DNA of 58,484 nucleotides, filler included, from Asterionella formosa (lineage: Eukaryota), in NCBI GenBank assembly GCA_002256025.1. It is 4 parts of 4 records of this genome, joined end to end, with 100 filler letters (N's around TTAATTAATTAA, not from the genome) between each part and the next. Parts side by side here need not be neighbours in the genome. Positions count along the whole stretch, not along the records: positions 1 to 14,554 come from NKIB01005928.1; 3 more parts are not named here. One strand, written 5' to 3'. The notes beneath the pieces were generated by a model. That model was not told the origin of the DNA. It searched no databases and worked only from the letters and a program-made list of their open reading frames with translations. Of the stretch, positions 1 through 12,402 are shown piece by piece (position 1 is the stretch's first letter; every line of letters begins with the position of its first letter). Made by a program: the position numbers and the translations under genes.

Positions 1-860
1 GTAGAATGTGTTTGTTTACGGGTTGATTGGCGAGATTGTCATGCTGAAGTGGACAAAACGGATATACTTTGTGCGCTGTGTGCGGAAACATTACGAGTTC
101 GAATGGTTTCTTCTCTCCTGTAAACTCTTAATTGAATGATTATGAACAAAGGTTCACTGCACATGACGATTATTTGAAGATATAAAGATCACTTGACCAA
201 CAAATTGAAGACATTATCGCAAACATTCATTCCGCTTGTCTTCGCTAGTATTTCGTTGTTGTTGCAAAAATCGGAGTGATGAGGGGCGGATGGCAATGAC
301 GAGCCAAATTACATTACTTGAACTGCTACATTATCCTGCCAAGAAATTCGAATACAGGAATCAAATAGAAACAATACATATAATAATTAAATATATGTAG
401 TCAAAAGGGTTAATATTTAAATTACAAAGGCATTTATCAAAATTATAAGATGATATAACGAAAAATTATGATCAGATGATCACAATCCTATGATGCATCA
501 TGGAAATATGATAGCTTTTATTTGGTCTCTTCATTGTTGTTTGCTCCTGGAAAAGTCGGTGTCCGTGTCCGTGTCATCCTCATCAATAGAGAGACAAGTT
601 CTTTCGTTGGAAAAATTGGTACCCGTGGTATCATCATTCGCTCGTTGGAACCACTGTCCGTTGCCTCAAACCTGATTAGCGTGTGAGTACCGGCATGTGC
701 ACTGTCGACTTTAGTACATTACAGGCGGAGTGACTTCGCTACTAAATTGCGTGATATAATAATATACCCTGTAGCATGTCGCAGAATACATTTGCATCCC
801 AATCCTCTCATCATGATTGATAAGATGATACTGTGATATCATGATAAGGTTACATAGATT

Positions 861-1370
861 CATACATCACCAAAGTATGATACGTAATATTGAATAAAGT
901 ACATCACAGAACTATGATACACTGATCATAAAATTATGATGATTTTATGAAATGTTTATGATATATTTTTGATCAAAATATGATTATGTTAAAATAATAC
1001 AATGATAATAAAATACGATAAAATATGTACGCAAGTGTTACCAAGACATCATAGAAAATAAATCAAGCAATTATAAAGTATGTTAATTAATATATGTGTT
1101 TGTCGTTTAATGTATACAGTTAAAGTCAACAGTTAATATGATAGTATTATACAGTGGATAGGATCTATGTATATGGATGCGTTGATATGTACATCACTAT
1201 AATATGATTTGTGATATGGATTGATGCATATCACATACCGGTGTTCTCAACAGCCGGCCATCACATTCATTGTCGTGTCGTCTTTCCTTGTTTTAGCTAT
1301 ATACCGGCATATACCAGCATGTGTATTGTGTAAACACTACGATGGCGGAACATGCATATTACACTGTGCT
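861..1370. repeat. Left arm of ~500-bp inverted repeat (partner ~10640-11123)
   Basis: catacatcaccaaagtatgatacgtaatattgaat (861) is the reverse complement of ~11090-11123. The similarity continues to ~1370 vs ~10640. ORFs 1221+ and 10568- translate to near-identical peptides (MMHITYR.QQPAITFI...CKHY.GGTCILHC). Confidence 0.9.
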
Positions 1371-3576
1371 GTATCGTCATGTTCAAAAGGATCTCTTCCC
1401 AAAAATTCCCGACATGCAATACCTATGGCAATGTTTTCGATTATTCGTTGTCCAGATTGAAGGTCCATTAGGTGATGTCGTTTTTGAGATGTTTTAGCTG
1501 GTAACTTGCAAAGGAATTTTAAATTCTTTTCCATTGGTCCCCCATTGAAAACTTGCGGACTGCCAAACCGTTCGATATTTCGGACAGTATGCATCTGCTG
1601 ATGAAACTTTGTCATTTTCCAGCCTTGCTCTGTCGTTTCTCTTGGGAAAATCTTGACTAATTTTGTGTAGTACTTGACAATGGATCGACAATCAATTTCC
1701 ATCAATCGATGTACGTCATAACTTTCTTGGCTGAACCAGGAATTAGAACAAACCATGCCCTCGAAAAACATTTGGATGTCTTTTATTTCCTGCATTGACA
1801 TTCCAACTTCATCCTTGCAAAGCTTGATTCCGGCGTCTGTAGCCATTACCAAACAAGCAACAAGCATTACCCCAACAGTTTCATTTCCTGTTATCTTTGG
1901 AAAACATCCATGGAATCCACCATGAAAATTGCACCTTGGCATATCCCGATCGCTTTGATGTTGCATCATCTTTGACACTTTTATGAATAATGTATCAAAA
2001 GCGGTTCTATTTTTCAACCCCTGAGCAGAGGTAACAGTGCCGAACTTTATCGAGAACAGAAGAATGAGATAACGAATCATTCCCTCATGTATTGAGTGCA
2101 ACTTTACAGGAGGGCAATGGCCATTGATTCCCAATGGATCTCCACCAAAATCCAACGCATACCAGCAAGGTGTAATAAAACGTTGTGACACAGCATCCAT
2201 TAGTGTTTTGTCATTCATTCCTAATAGGGCAGCATAACCCACTTGCCCTACTGGAGAGCATTTGATTGATGGTTTATCTAATTTGTCGTATGAACAATCA
2301 CATTCCCAACAGAGACGAAAAGTTTTCAGGTAATTTTTAATCCTCCTACACTGATTGTCCAATCCTTCCGCATCGCCAAGCACCAACCCGACCGGTACCT
2401 TTACAACCAGGCTATGCTGTTTGCCATGGAAATTGAAATTATACTTGAAGCCACCAGATCTCTGAGTCTCTTGAACTCCCGACAATATAATTGCCAAAAT
2501 TGTGTGATAATCCTTGCACTTATCGTCGGCAGTCATATTTTTGTTCAATGCAAGACTCTGACCATCAAGTTTTGCTATTAGACCAAGGGGGCGCCAAGCA
2601 ATGACTTTGTTCCTTACAGTTGTACGGAAAATCCCAAGAGAAAACAAAACTGGCTCCATGGTGAATTTAGAATTTTCTACAGTATGTGTTCTATCAATGA
2701 AAAACATGAGATGGACGAGAAAATCATTGGGTTGAATGCACAGACAGTTGTGAGCGTCAATCCACCAACTCCCGGTGTGTAATTCTGAACGGACATCAGA
2801 CGGTTGTGGAGCCTTGCAGGGATCAGAAAAATCGAATGAAGCATTATTGGGATGCATTAATCTGGGATTGGAAAGTAAGCTCTTGATTGCAACAATAAAA
2901 TCAAAGCAAACAACGTCGACACTTCTACCACAGTAGAGGGTGACTGCATTATCACATGGCTTTTGGTCTTCCATCTCAAACCGGGTAAACAGATCTTTCA
3001 GATATGTGTTTCGACGTTGAGGAATAGCTTCTAAAATCGTCATTCCTGCCATTTGAGAAGAGACATGCCATTTAAGAATTGCATCATAAAGATATAATGG
3101 TGACCTACTACCAAGTAAAATGCTAAGTAGCTCCGTTTTTACAACATCCTTTTGTGTGTAGGCTGTACCTGGATCTTCTTGGCAAAATCGGAAGTTGGTA
3201 GGGTTTATAATGTCGTTTATTTCTCCATTCTGAATGATTGGACTATTAATAGCAGCAGCATCATGATCTACTAAACTATCAAGGAATGAACCATTATCAT
3301 AGTCATCGGCATCAAAACAAAACAAACTGTTTGAACGAAATCAATGGCTGCTCGCGATTGTTTCAGGAATTTTGCAAGGGGGTCATGAGAGTGGTGTCGT
3401 CCATCTCTTGGCGAAGTCGCTACCATTAATGATGTCTGCGATGCTTGAATCTGAGATTGAATCATATATTGTTGCCCACACGAGGGGCTGTGTCTGTGAT
3501 GACCACGAATTGATTTAAAAGGACCTTTACCGCAGAATTTACATTTGTCCTCGTCGTTATTGTCACACAGATCCAT
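1337..3576 (-). mobile_element. Plavaka/CMC (CACTA-related) transposase with N-terminal C2H2-like Zn finger; frameshifted and 3'-truncated
   Basis: The 662-aa ORF has ELHTGSWW, FFIDRTH, PVLFSLG, AWRPLGLI, YHTILAIIL, LGDAEG..CWECDC, LHSIHEG and KFHQQMH...IERFGSPQVFNGGPMEK, motifs typical of Plavaka/EnSpm-like transposases. The upstream frame (ATG 3576) carries CKFCGKGPFKSIRGHHRHSPSC and needs a frameshift at ~3271-3340. The ORF runs into the inverted repeat at ~1370. Confidence 0.8.
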
Positions 3577-3999
3577 GATATTTACTGTCGTTGCAGTGCT
3601 GTGTTGGCGAGAGAAAAATAAGGATAACCGGTAGCTAAAATAATGGACCTTGTTCGGCACATATTTGGCAAACAATACTACCATCCTTGTCAGTAGACAT
3701 AATTCCACCAGTGTTGATTTTGAGTAATAATAATCACGTAAAAAATTGGGTTGCCTACCACTGGCTAGTACTATTTCAGTTACCTATTAACGGTAATAAC
3801 CTACATAACATGAAAACTGGGAAGAGGGAGCTTTTTTACCGGAAAGTGTGAGTTCTTGCTTCATGTGATGTGTACAACCGTAAAACTTTGATCTCAGATG
3901 GAGGATGACATTAGACACCACAAATATCCTTACTATTTCATTAAGTAAAATGCGTGTTGTGAATGTATTAGCCTCAAGAGCAGGATCTTAGTTGAACTT

Positions 4000-4354
4000 T
4001 CAAATGAATTATTTGAAACATCAACTAATTCAGTCTCGCGTTCAAAATTCATTGTGAAAACTTCACTTGAAACAGTTAAAACTTCACATGAAACCGTTAA
4101 AAGTAATCTTTTTACGTGAAGAGTGGCATCAATCCATGTGAAGTACCACATAATTAACACTCGTACTTAGACGAAATTTCGAAAAGTCAAATGAATTATT
4201 TGAAACATCAAATAATTCAGTCTCGCGTTCAAAGTTCATTGTGAGAACTTCACATGAAACCGTTAAAAGTAATCTTTTTTAAGAGAAGAGTGGCATTAAT
4301 GCATGTGAAGTACCACATAATTGACACTCCTACGTAGACGAAATTTCGAAAAGT
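4000..4354. repeat. Tandem duplication of ~170-187 bp
   Basis: tcaaatgaattatttgaaacatcaa...gacgaaatttcgaaaagt occurs at ~4000-4186 and again at ~4187-4354. Confidence 0.9.
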
Positions 4355-4384
4355 GGCGTATTTCGCGGCTTAAAAGGAACTACG

Positions 4385-5975
4385 TATCTTTTCATGAAGC
4401 AGCAGGCATTGTGTGTTAACATGACAGAACGATTTCAAAAATATATATGCCATGAATATAGTTATAAAATTTGTAAAAATATAAATATATCAAGTGTCGA
4501 ACATTTATAAAAATCAAAGGCACTCTCAATATGGAACGTCTGGTATTGTTGAGATGATCATATTTGCATAAAGATAATTCGAAAAAATTCAATGCACTAG
4601 CTATATGTCCATTGTTTTCCACGACTTCATGTACCGGTACTGTTTTTTTGAAAATTGTTTGCATCAATATTTTCTACGTCCGTTGGAACTTATTATTTAG
4701 ACCATTCAATTGATGTACTAAGCCGTAACCCATTTGTATCATTATTTATACGCGAGGATTTTGGTAGCAAATTGTTTAAGCCCCTTTTTTGGGCGGGAGT
4801 TCTTCATGTGTACCGGTACATCATACAACAATAACATTTTATCATATATATACAGAGTACCAGTAGCAGGTAGGAAGTGATGTACTGGGGGTACCAGATA
4901 GTCAGAGTACCAGGTAGTAAGCGAGCAACAGAACACCATATGTTTATGACTGTTGCTACGGCAATGGGACAATAAATCATCATAGTCTTAGGATCATATG
5001 ATCATAAAATTGAAAAAGAATAGTCAGAGTAGTGAGCGAGCAACAGAGCACCATATGTTCATGACCTTAAACATACTCCATTCTTTGAAGGCGCAATGTG
5101 TCAAAGCCACAATGTTTTTCGTTATTGCGTAAACTTTCCTTGTCATATGCTTTACTACGATATTTCTTTTCATGAAGCAGGCATTGTTTGTTAACATGAC
5201 AGAATGATTTCAATTATATTTGCCATGTATATAGCTATAAAATTTGTCAATGTATAAATTATCAAGTGACGTACATTTATAAAATTCAAAGGCACTCTCA
5301 ATATGGAGCGTCTGGTATTGTTGAGATGATCCTATTGTTTCGAAAATATTCAATGCACAAAATGTCCATTGTTTTCCACCACTTCGTGTACCGGTACTGT
5401 TTCTGAAATTTGTTTGCATCAATATTTTCTACGGCCGTTGGAACTAATTATTTAGACCATTCAATTGGTGTAAGTCATAACCCATTTCTATAATTATTTA
5501 TAAGCAAGGTTTTTGGTAGCAAATTTTTTAAGATTGGCTGGAGTTCTTTATGTGTACATCATATGACAATAACATTTTATCATATATATACAGAGTACCA
5601 GTAGCAGGTAGGAAGTGATATACTGGGGATAGTCAGAGTAGTAAGCAAGCAACAGATCACAATATGTTCAGGACTGTTGCTACTGCAGTGGGACATTAAA
5701 TCATCATAGTTTCAAGATCGTATGATCGCAAAATTGGAAAAGGATAGTCGGAATAGTAAGCAAGCAACAGAACACCATATGTTCATGACTGAAGCTGCTG
5801 CAGCGGAACAGTAATTCATCATAGTTTCAGGATCGTATGATCGTAAAGTTGAAAAGAGGGTAGTCGGAATAGTAAGGAACCGACAGAACACCATGATATG
5901 TTCAGAACTGTTGCTACTACAGTGGGACCGTAAAGCATCATAGTTTCAGGATTGTATAATTTTGAAATTGAAAAC
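4385..5975. repeat. Duplicated ~700-800-bp module containing a ~120-bp tandem subrepeat
   Basis: cttttcatgaagcag..ggcattgt.tgttaacatgacagaa starts at ~4388 and ~5166. The subunit gcaacagaacaccatatgttcaggactgttgctactgcagtgggac..taaatcatcatagttt recurs at ~4925, ~5650, ~5765 and ~5880. Confidence 0.9.
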
Positions 5976-6176
5976 AAGATATGCTTTTACTCAAACTCAG
6001 TTCTGATTTAGTATATGATAATATAAATAGCACTGTTGGTTTTATGGTATCATATCTAGACAGAGTAAAATATAAAATGTAGTGGCTGATGATTCATTTC
6101 ATTGTAGCAACACCTGATTTTAAGATCATCGAACTTTAAGGAAAACCATAAAGAGGTTCATGGAAACAAGCGACAT

Positions 6177-7781
6177 GTGGCAAATACTGCCGGTATGGAA
6201 CAAAGAAGCAAGTACCAAAATGAGTTAACAAAGAAAAAGCGAATCGGCGATTATCCAAAGGAACCCAATTTGCCACAGGGAGTTCGTGGGGGTCTGTCCC
6301 CATTGTTGATGGAGACACCATCAGCTACTAGTACAAAAGATCCCGTCATTGATACTGAAAGCGATGATGACGATTCTTTCTCAGTTGTTGATACAAGAAA
6401 AATGGCTCCTGTTGATGATACCATTAATATCTCCTGGATGCAGATGGACGACATAGTACCATATCATATATTTTCTAATTGCAAGGACCAACAAGTACAT
6501 GACAAGACACTGAGGGAAAAACATTTTGCACTTGCCAAAGGATATTATCAATTGGTCAATGAACTCAATCACTACAAAGATCATAATTCGGTTAAAAACT
6601 CGTCCATACGAGGTTATCAAGAATCTTCAATTTCAGCAGCCTTATCAGCACGTCGTTCTCTATTAGCTAAAATTTAACCGATCCATCAATTGTAACAAAG
6701 GTTGTGATTTTTATTTGCTTTCAAGACCAAGAAGTTTTGCTGTGAACATGTAAATTTGAGGTTATAGTTCGCGAATTGCAGGTACTGTAAAACAGAATAT
6801 CAATCTAATGTGCTTTTTTCTGGTCCCAAAAGAGAATCAAACATCCCGCCCTGCCTATCTGGTCCAAGTAGTATGAAAGGCATTTCCAATCACAAACAGG
6901 ATTGGTTTGCCTAATGTTGCCTAACTCGGCTATACACAGTGAAACCGGAATCAGGCAAAGAAGTGGAGAGTGACCGAGAGCTTGCCGATTTCATATGGAA
7001 TGGTTCTGATGCACTACTTCCGATGAAAACTTACAGACTATGGATATTGATGACTTGCTTTATTAGGTGGGTGTTCACGCTTTATCGTTTTGCTTAGTCA
7101 AAGGACATTGACAGGGGAAGCCAAGCCAAGGATACCAAGTCTGGCGTGATGTTCTTGCTCCTGTGTATTTTATAGGCAGGACAAGCCGTGGAGAACCAAT
7201 TTTTAACAGGAGACCAATCTGGTGTGACCAAGCCAAATTTCAACTCAGTCTTCGGGCACAGTGTGAATTGCAATCACGTTTTGTTGGTTCGCTGATCAAT
7301 GCCAAACAGAAGCATTTTGCTTTTTGGCGCGGTGCTGAAAGGAAAATTCCGATTGCAACAAAAATATTTGGTTTTCAATCCAGATACGCATGAAATTTCA
7401 GTTCTACTGATTTTATCGAGCGACATTAATGGGAAACCACTTAACAAAAAAGTGTGAGCAAGGGAAGAAAGTTCAGTTTCAAATGGTCTCACTGATCAAT
7501 GGACTGATGATTTACTCGTTTATTATAAGGAAATCTACACTGGACTTTCACTAAAGAATCGATCTGAATATGAAAGGAATCCTAGTGGAATTGCTACTTC
7601 CATCACAAAAATCACCTACCCACCCTCATACTTCTCATTTGCCAATGTAAGTGAAGAGGATATGCATCAATATGTTGAACCCCTTCAACCAAGAAGTGTT
7701 CCTGAGAAGAATATTGCTGATTATAATGACCGCATTAATCAACGGGACATTGATGACCACGTTGATTTTGAATGGATCTAA
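6177..7781 (+). pseudogene. Degenerate repeat-borne ORF of unknown function
   Basis: A 166-aa ORF is followed by stop-interrupted coding-like sequence. Both ends are homologous to the ORF at 57271-57672. No domain recognised. Confidence 0.35.
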
Positions 7782-8782
7782 TAGAATCCTAGTGTGAGAC
7801 ATCTAAAATGCAAACCATAAAATGATAGATGTTAGGAAAACATTGACGCTGCTCTATAGTACTAGTAGTGGCGCCTGTACCATGTGTAGCGGTATACATC
7901 CATTTTACTACTATGGTGGAGTGATGATTTCACGACTCTGTATTGTCCAGCACAGCATGTTTGGGGTGATGCTAAATTTATTATTATTAATTCATTTTCA
8001 TTTTATCCTGTTCATATCCTGACTTGGTCATCATTTGATATTTGCAATGTCTTTGCGGACATTGCAATGGTGTTTTCTGTGTAACTACAAATTTCGGAAG
8101 AACAAATCCCCATCTGAGTCTCACAATCAAAATTGTAGCAACCGTGTTTTTTTGCATAAAATCACAGCCAACATTGCATGCAAGAACATCGAGTTCCTGG
8201 AATATATAATGAAACTATGTATTGCGGGAGTGCATAGAATCATTCAAGGAAAGAAGGTAATGGCAGTGTAAATGCTGCAGCATTTAGGGAGAGTAGACAA
8301 GAAGAGATTATGTTTTCTATCCTTGAATCAGGTGGCTGGCTATAATCATCCATTTCATGACGACAGCGATGATTCAGTTTATAACAATATTCAGTCACAA
8401 CCAGACGAACAATTGAGACCAAAAACTCTTCAAGAAATGAATTCAGAAACCATGCAATATTCAGATTTTCAAGATCACACCGGCTTCTTCCCTGAAAATA
8501 CAATGGAAATGCCCGCCTCTTCCTCCTCAATTTCAACTTCCAAGTTAACATTCTGTAAATATGCGTGCATCCAATCGAATTAGAACTCATGTTATTCCTT
8601 CACGAGAATTACCTACCTTTCACCAGTATACTTTGATAATCTAATGAAATGTCTGTTCAAGGCAAATGCAAGGAGCTCAAAATTTCGTCGATACAAAATT
8701 GAAGAACAGTTATTTCCAACTGAAACATATGCTCAAGAATGTTTGTTGTTTTCACTTGAGGCCAAACTGTTCCAATATGAGA

Positions 8783-10503
8783 CTATGTTGACTTGGTTGG
8801 CGGGTCAGATGTAACAGATAACAAATTGTCTGTTCGATCTGATGATACCACCTGACGTTTTAAAACTATCCAGGACTCCATCTCCAAACTGAATTGTGCC
8901 TGGTTGCCAAAAAATTTGGTTTTGCTGTTCCTTTCTTGTTGCAATAGAGTTTCCAATACTTTCAAAATTGTAAATGGTTCACATGACCATCCACTGTCAT
9001 GCATCTTCTGGTTGAAATAACACGGAATCATGTTCAGTGGCCATAATGATCTGCAATGGTGCTTTGGTGCCAGTATAGAAAGATTCCAATAAACCAATTT
9101 CTTCAGGTGTATGGGATTCTTGTGGAAGATATCCTGTATCGGTGCATACCAATTCCAATTCTTTTCTGCATCCGGGGATGATGCAGTACCAGTACTTACG
9201 GGCAAGGTGAAATACTTGATCAAAATGTTCATCCAAACTTACATCTTTTCCTGGATCACGGACTTGACATAATCCATCATTTTTAGCAAAAAGATAATGC
9301 ACAAAATGGTTGTTTTCCTTGCTACTCAACTGATCTTTTGCAATAAACAATTAGCACATAGTTACTGTCATGATGAAGTGGATGACAATCACCTTGGTAT
9401 CTATAGCTACGGTTTGTTATTACCCTTTTCTGGGTTCTCATCGAGATCAAATACAACCTTTACATCACTTGGCTGAAGTTCATGAATTATATAATGGATC
9501 ATAGAGGTAATTGTTTCAAGGTCCCAATATGCAAGATCTTTAAAATTTGAAGATGATCTTTCGAAAACTTTGACTCCATAAAATACAGTGGCGTAATTGC
9601 ATATTTCTTGCGGGGTACGAGTGTACAAATCTTTCCACAATTTTAGTTGTCCATACGATTTCGGCAAACTCAAGGAAAATGCCGTTTGCTTTGGCATAAT
9701 AACTCTACACATTTCACATGCCGACTCTTCACAAAAGTAGCTAGCTGCCTTCGGGATTGTTCTCGATGATTTTACAAAGAAAATCTTTTTCTTTCATGTA
9801 TGATTTGGAAAAAGATTCAATTTTGTGCTTCAAACTTAGTTCCTGACTCAGTGCATCAACTGCCTTAGCCAGCATCACATCTCTGTCTGCATTGATCTTC
9901 TTGAATTCGAGGTCTTGATCTAGCTTGGACTTTTTCTTGAATATCTTTCCTTTTCTTTTAGAAATGCAATGGTTTCTCTGCTTTCATGATGTTCATCTTG
10001 ATGTTCTGGACGAATAGGCCTAGTGAGACATATTTCTTGGTTTTGCAACTTTTCAACCATTTCTACTGAAGAAGTGATGTCTCCCACATTTCCGCCGGTA
10101 TTTTCATTCATAGCATGAATTTGTTCATCAAATGAATGAGAATCACTGAGTTCTTCGTCATTATCAGCAATTTCAGGAGAATTAGCAAAATACGACACTG
10201 GATGGAACTGTGACTCTGTAGGAATAGAGTCTTCATCCGTGAAGGGTTTCCTTGGTGCTCTTTGAAAGCAACCTTTTCTCTGCCACTATTGTATCGGCAT
10301 ACTTGCTTCATTATTTTTTCTGGAGTATTATGAATCTGTTCAAATTCATCTGTTATTTGAGAGTATTCAAAGGAATCTTCAATTGATTTCATAAGTTTCT
10401 TCATCTTCTTTTCCGAAAACATAAAGTCGTGTAGTGTAAACAATGGAAGTAAGTCACGTTTCTTGTTTGACTGATCCTTTGCATGAAATCCATGAAATGC
10501 CAT
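8783..10503 (-). pseudogene. Fragmented ORF, with the C-terminal part resembling a Ulp1/C48-like cysteine protease
   Basis: Overlapping minus-strand fragments, in order YWDLETITSMIHYII, NNHFVHYLF...QVRDP and HDSGWSCEPFTILKVL, resemble the Ulp1 WLxDxII, NxHW...YYDS and QxDGxxCGxF motifs. Confidence 0.4.
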
Positions 10504-10639
10504 TTGGAAAGCAAGTTGTCAAGGGCCAGAAGACTATGATGTAAAACAGCGGAAGGGAAACGCGGAGCTAGCTTTTGCGGCGCTTGTGGAGGTGTAGCTG
10601 GTGTGATGGTAACCTAGTGTAGTAATTGTTGAACAGAGC

Positions 10640-11123
10640 ACAGCAGTGTAATATGCATGTTCCGCCAGCGTAGTGTTTACACAATACACATGCCGGCATA
10701 AATACAGCTATAACAAGGAAAAACGACATGTCAATGAACGTGATGGCTGGTTGTTGAGGATACCGGTAAGTGATATGCATCAATCCATATCACAAATCAC
10801 ATTATGGTGATGTAAATATCAACTCATCTGTATACTTAGATCCTATCCACCATATAATACTATCATATTAACTGTTGCAAGTCGAATATATAGATTAATA
10901 ACATACTTTATGATCGATTTATTTATTTTCTATGATGTATTGATAACACTTGTGTACATATTTTATCGTATTTTCTTATCATTGTATTATTTTAACATGA
11001 CCATATTTTGATTCAAAATATATCATAAAATTTTTAAGAAATCATCACACTTCTATGATCAATGTATCATAGCTATGTGATAAACATCATTCAATATTAC
11101 GTATCATACTTTGGTGATGTATG
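10640..11123. repeat. Right arm of ~500-bp inverted repeat (partner 861-1370)
   Basis: Reverse complement of 861-1370 with scattered substitutions and indels. Confidence 0.9.
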
Positions 11124-12402
11124 GATGATATAACGAAAAATTATGATCAGAAGATCACAATCCTATGATGCAGCCATCATGGAAATATGATAGTTTTTAT
11201 TTGCAGATGATACTCTAATCACTCTTTTAACAAACACAGCTTCCAATCTCCTTTTGATCTTGTCAGGTTAGTTATTTGACTCCCCTCCTCCCTCGTCTCC
11301 TTGTTTAAGAAATTTCGAAAAACAATCGAGATGGGAGAGGGATAGGCTAAGATTCCTTTTAGATAGATTCCTCTTTTACGTGATGACGTGTTTTCAGCAC
11401 TTTTTATCAGGACTCAAAGAAAATTTAACCCGGATATACTCCTATTTACTGTACTGTATTTATTTCATGGGCGGTTACATTATTTGATTACCGGTATATT
11501 CCTTATCCGGGCTGCATGTTCGGACAAATTTAACTTCGGATATACTCCCATATACTTTATTTATTTGGGTTTCCATTGTTTGATCACCGGTATAGACGTA
11601 CCGGTACAGTACCTCGTCTGAATGTTCGGACAAATATACGCAAAATTCGGACTTTCCTGGAACTGCTCCCTGAAAATAGGACAGCTTTGTTCCAATTTGG
11701 TTTTTTTACATCAGATTACTGTACATGGTACTGTAATGCCAAATTTAAACTTGAACAAAAAAGCCGGCCGGGATGGTGGATAAAATGCACGTGATGTTGA
11801 ACTTCTTAGAATTTGAATCACTAAATTTTTTGGCGGGCACAGTAAATACATGTGCCTTGTAGTACTGGTAGAATATAGGATGAAGCAAAATTACTTTATG
11901 TACCACAAAACCAGCCAACTTGCTCGTACAACGGCCAAGCAAATCCCCACGATATAGCGGAGGAATTGCAGGTATGTCAATCAAGCCATTCGTTGCGACC
12001 TTCCTTCGGAAACCTCCTGACGAAGGATTCGTCGATCGTGAGCATCCCCTGGCCGGCGCAGACAAGATCTTTCACCAAAAGTATCTTTACCGGTAGGGCG
12101 GTACAATCAGGTACACGTGTGTACTGCGCAGTTAGAAAACAATGTATGTACCGTACCGTGGTACCAGGTACTAGAGTCCGACGATCTAACAACACGCACC
12201 GGCGAAGATTGCTCTGGTAGTCTTTGTATTTTCATTCCGCTAGTGTCAATCATTCCCTTCCGCTTCCTCTGTGTCCGAAAGGTACCTGTATGTTGCTTGA
12301 CTTCTTCTTCTTTCTTTAGTGGCTCGACTCGTACCTATCAAGCATCAGCATCACTCACATGGACTTTCGTTTCCCTCCCAATCTGCAGCAGCATCTTTTA
12401 CA

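Noticed and set aside
1..123. Cys-containing open frame at the window start (VECVCL...CALCAE)
   Set aside because: Too short and truncated to assign.
1221..1460. Paralogous small ORFs 1221+ and 10568-
   Set aside because: They are chance translations of the two inverted-repeat arms.
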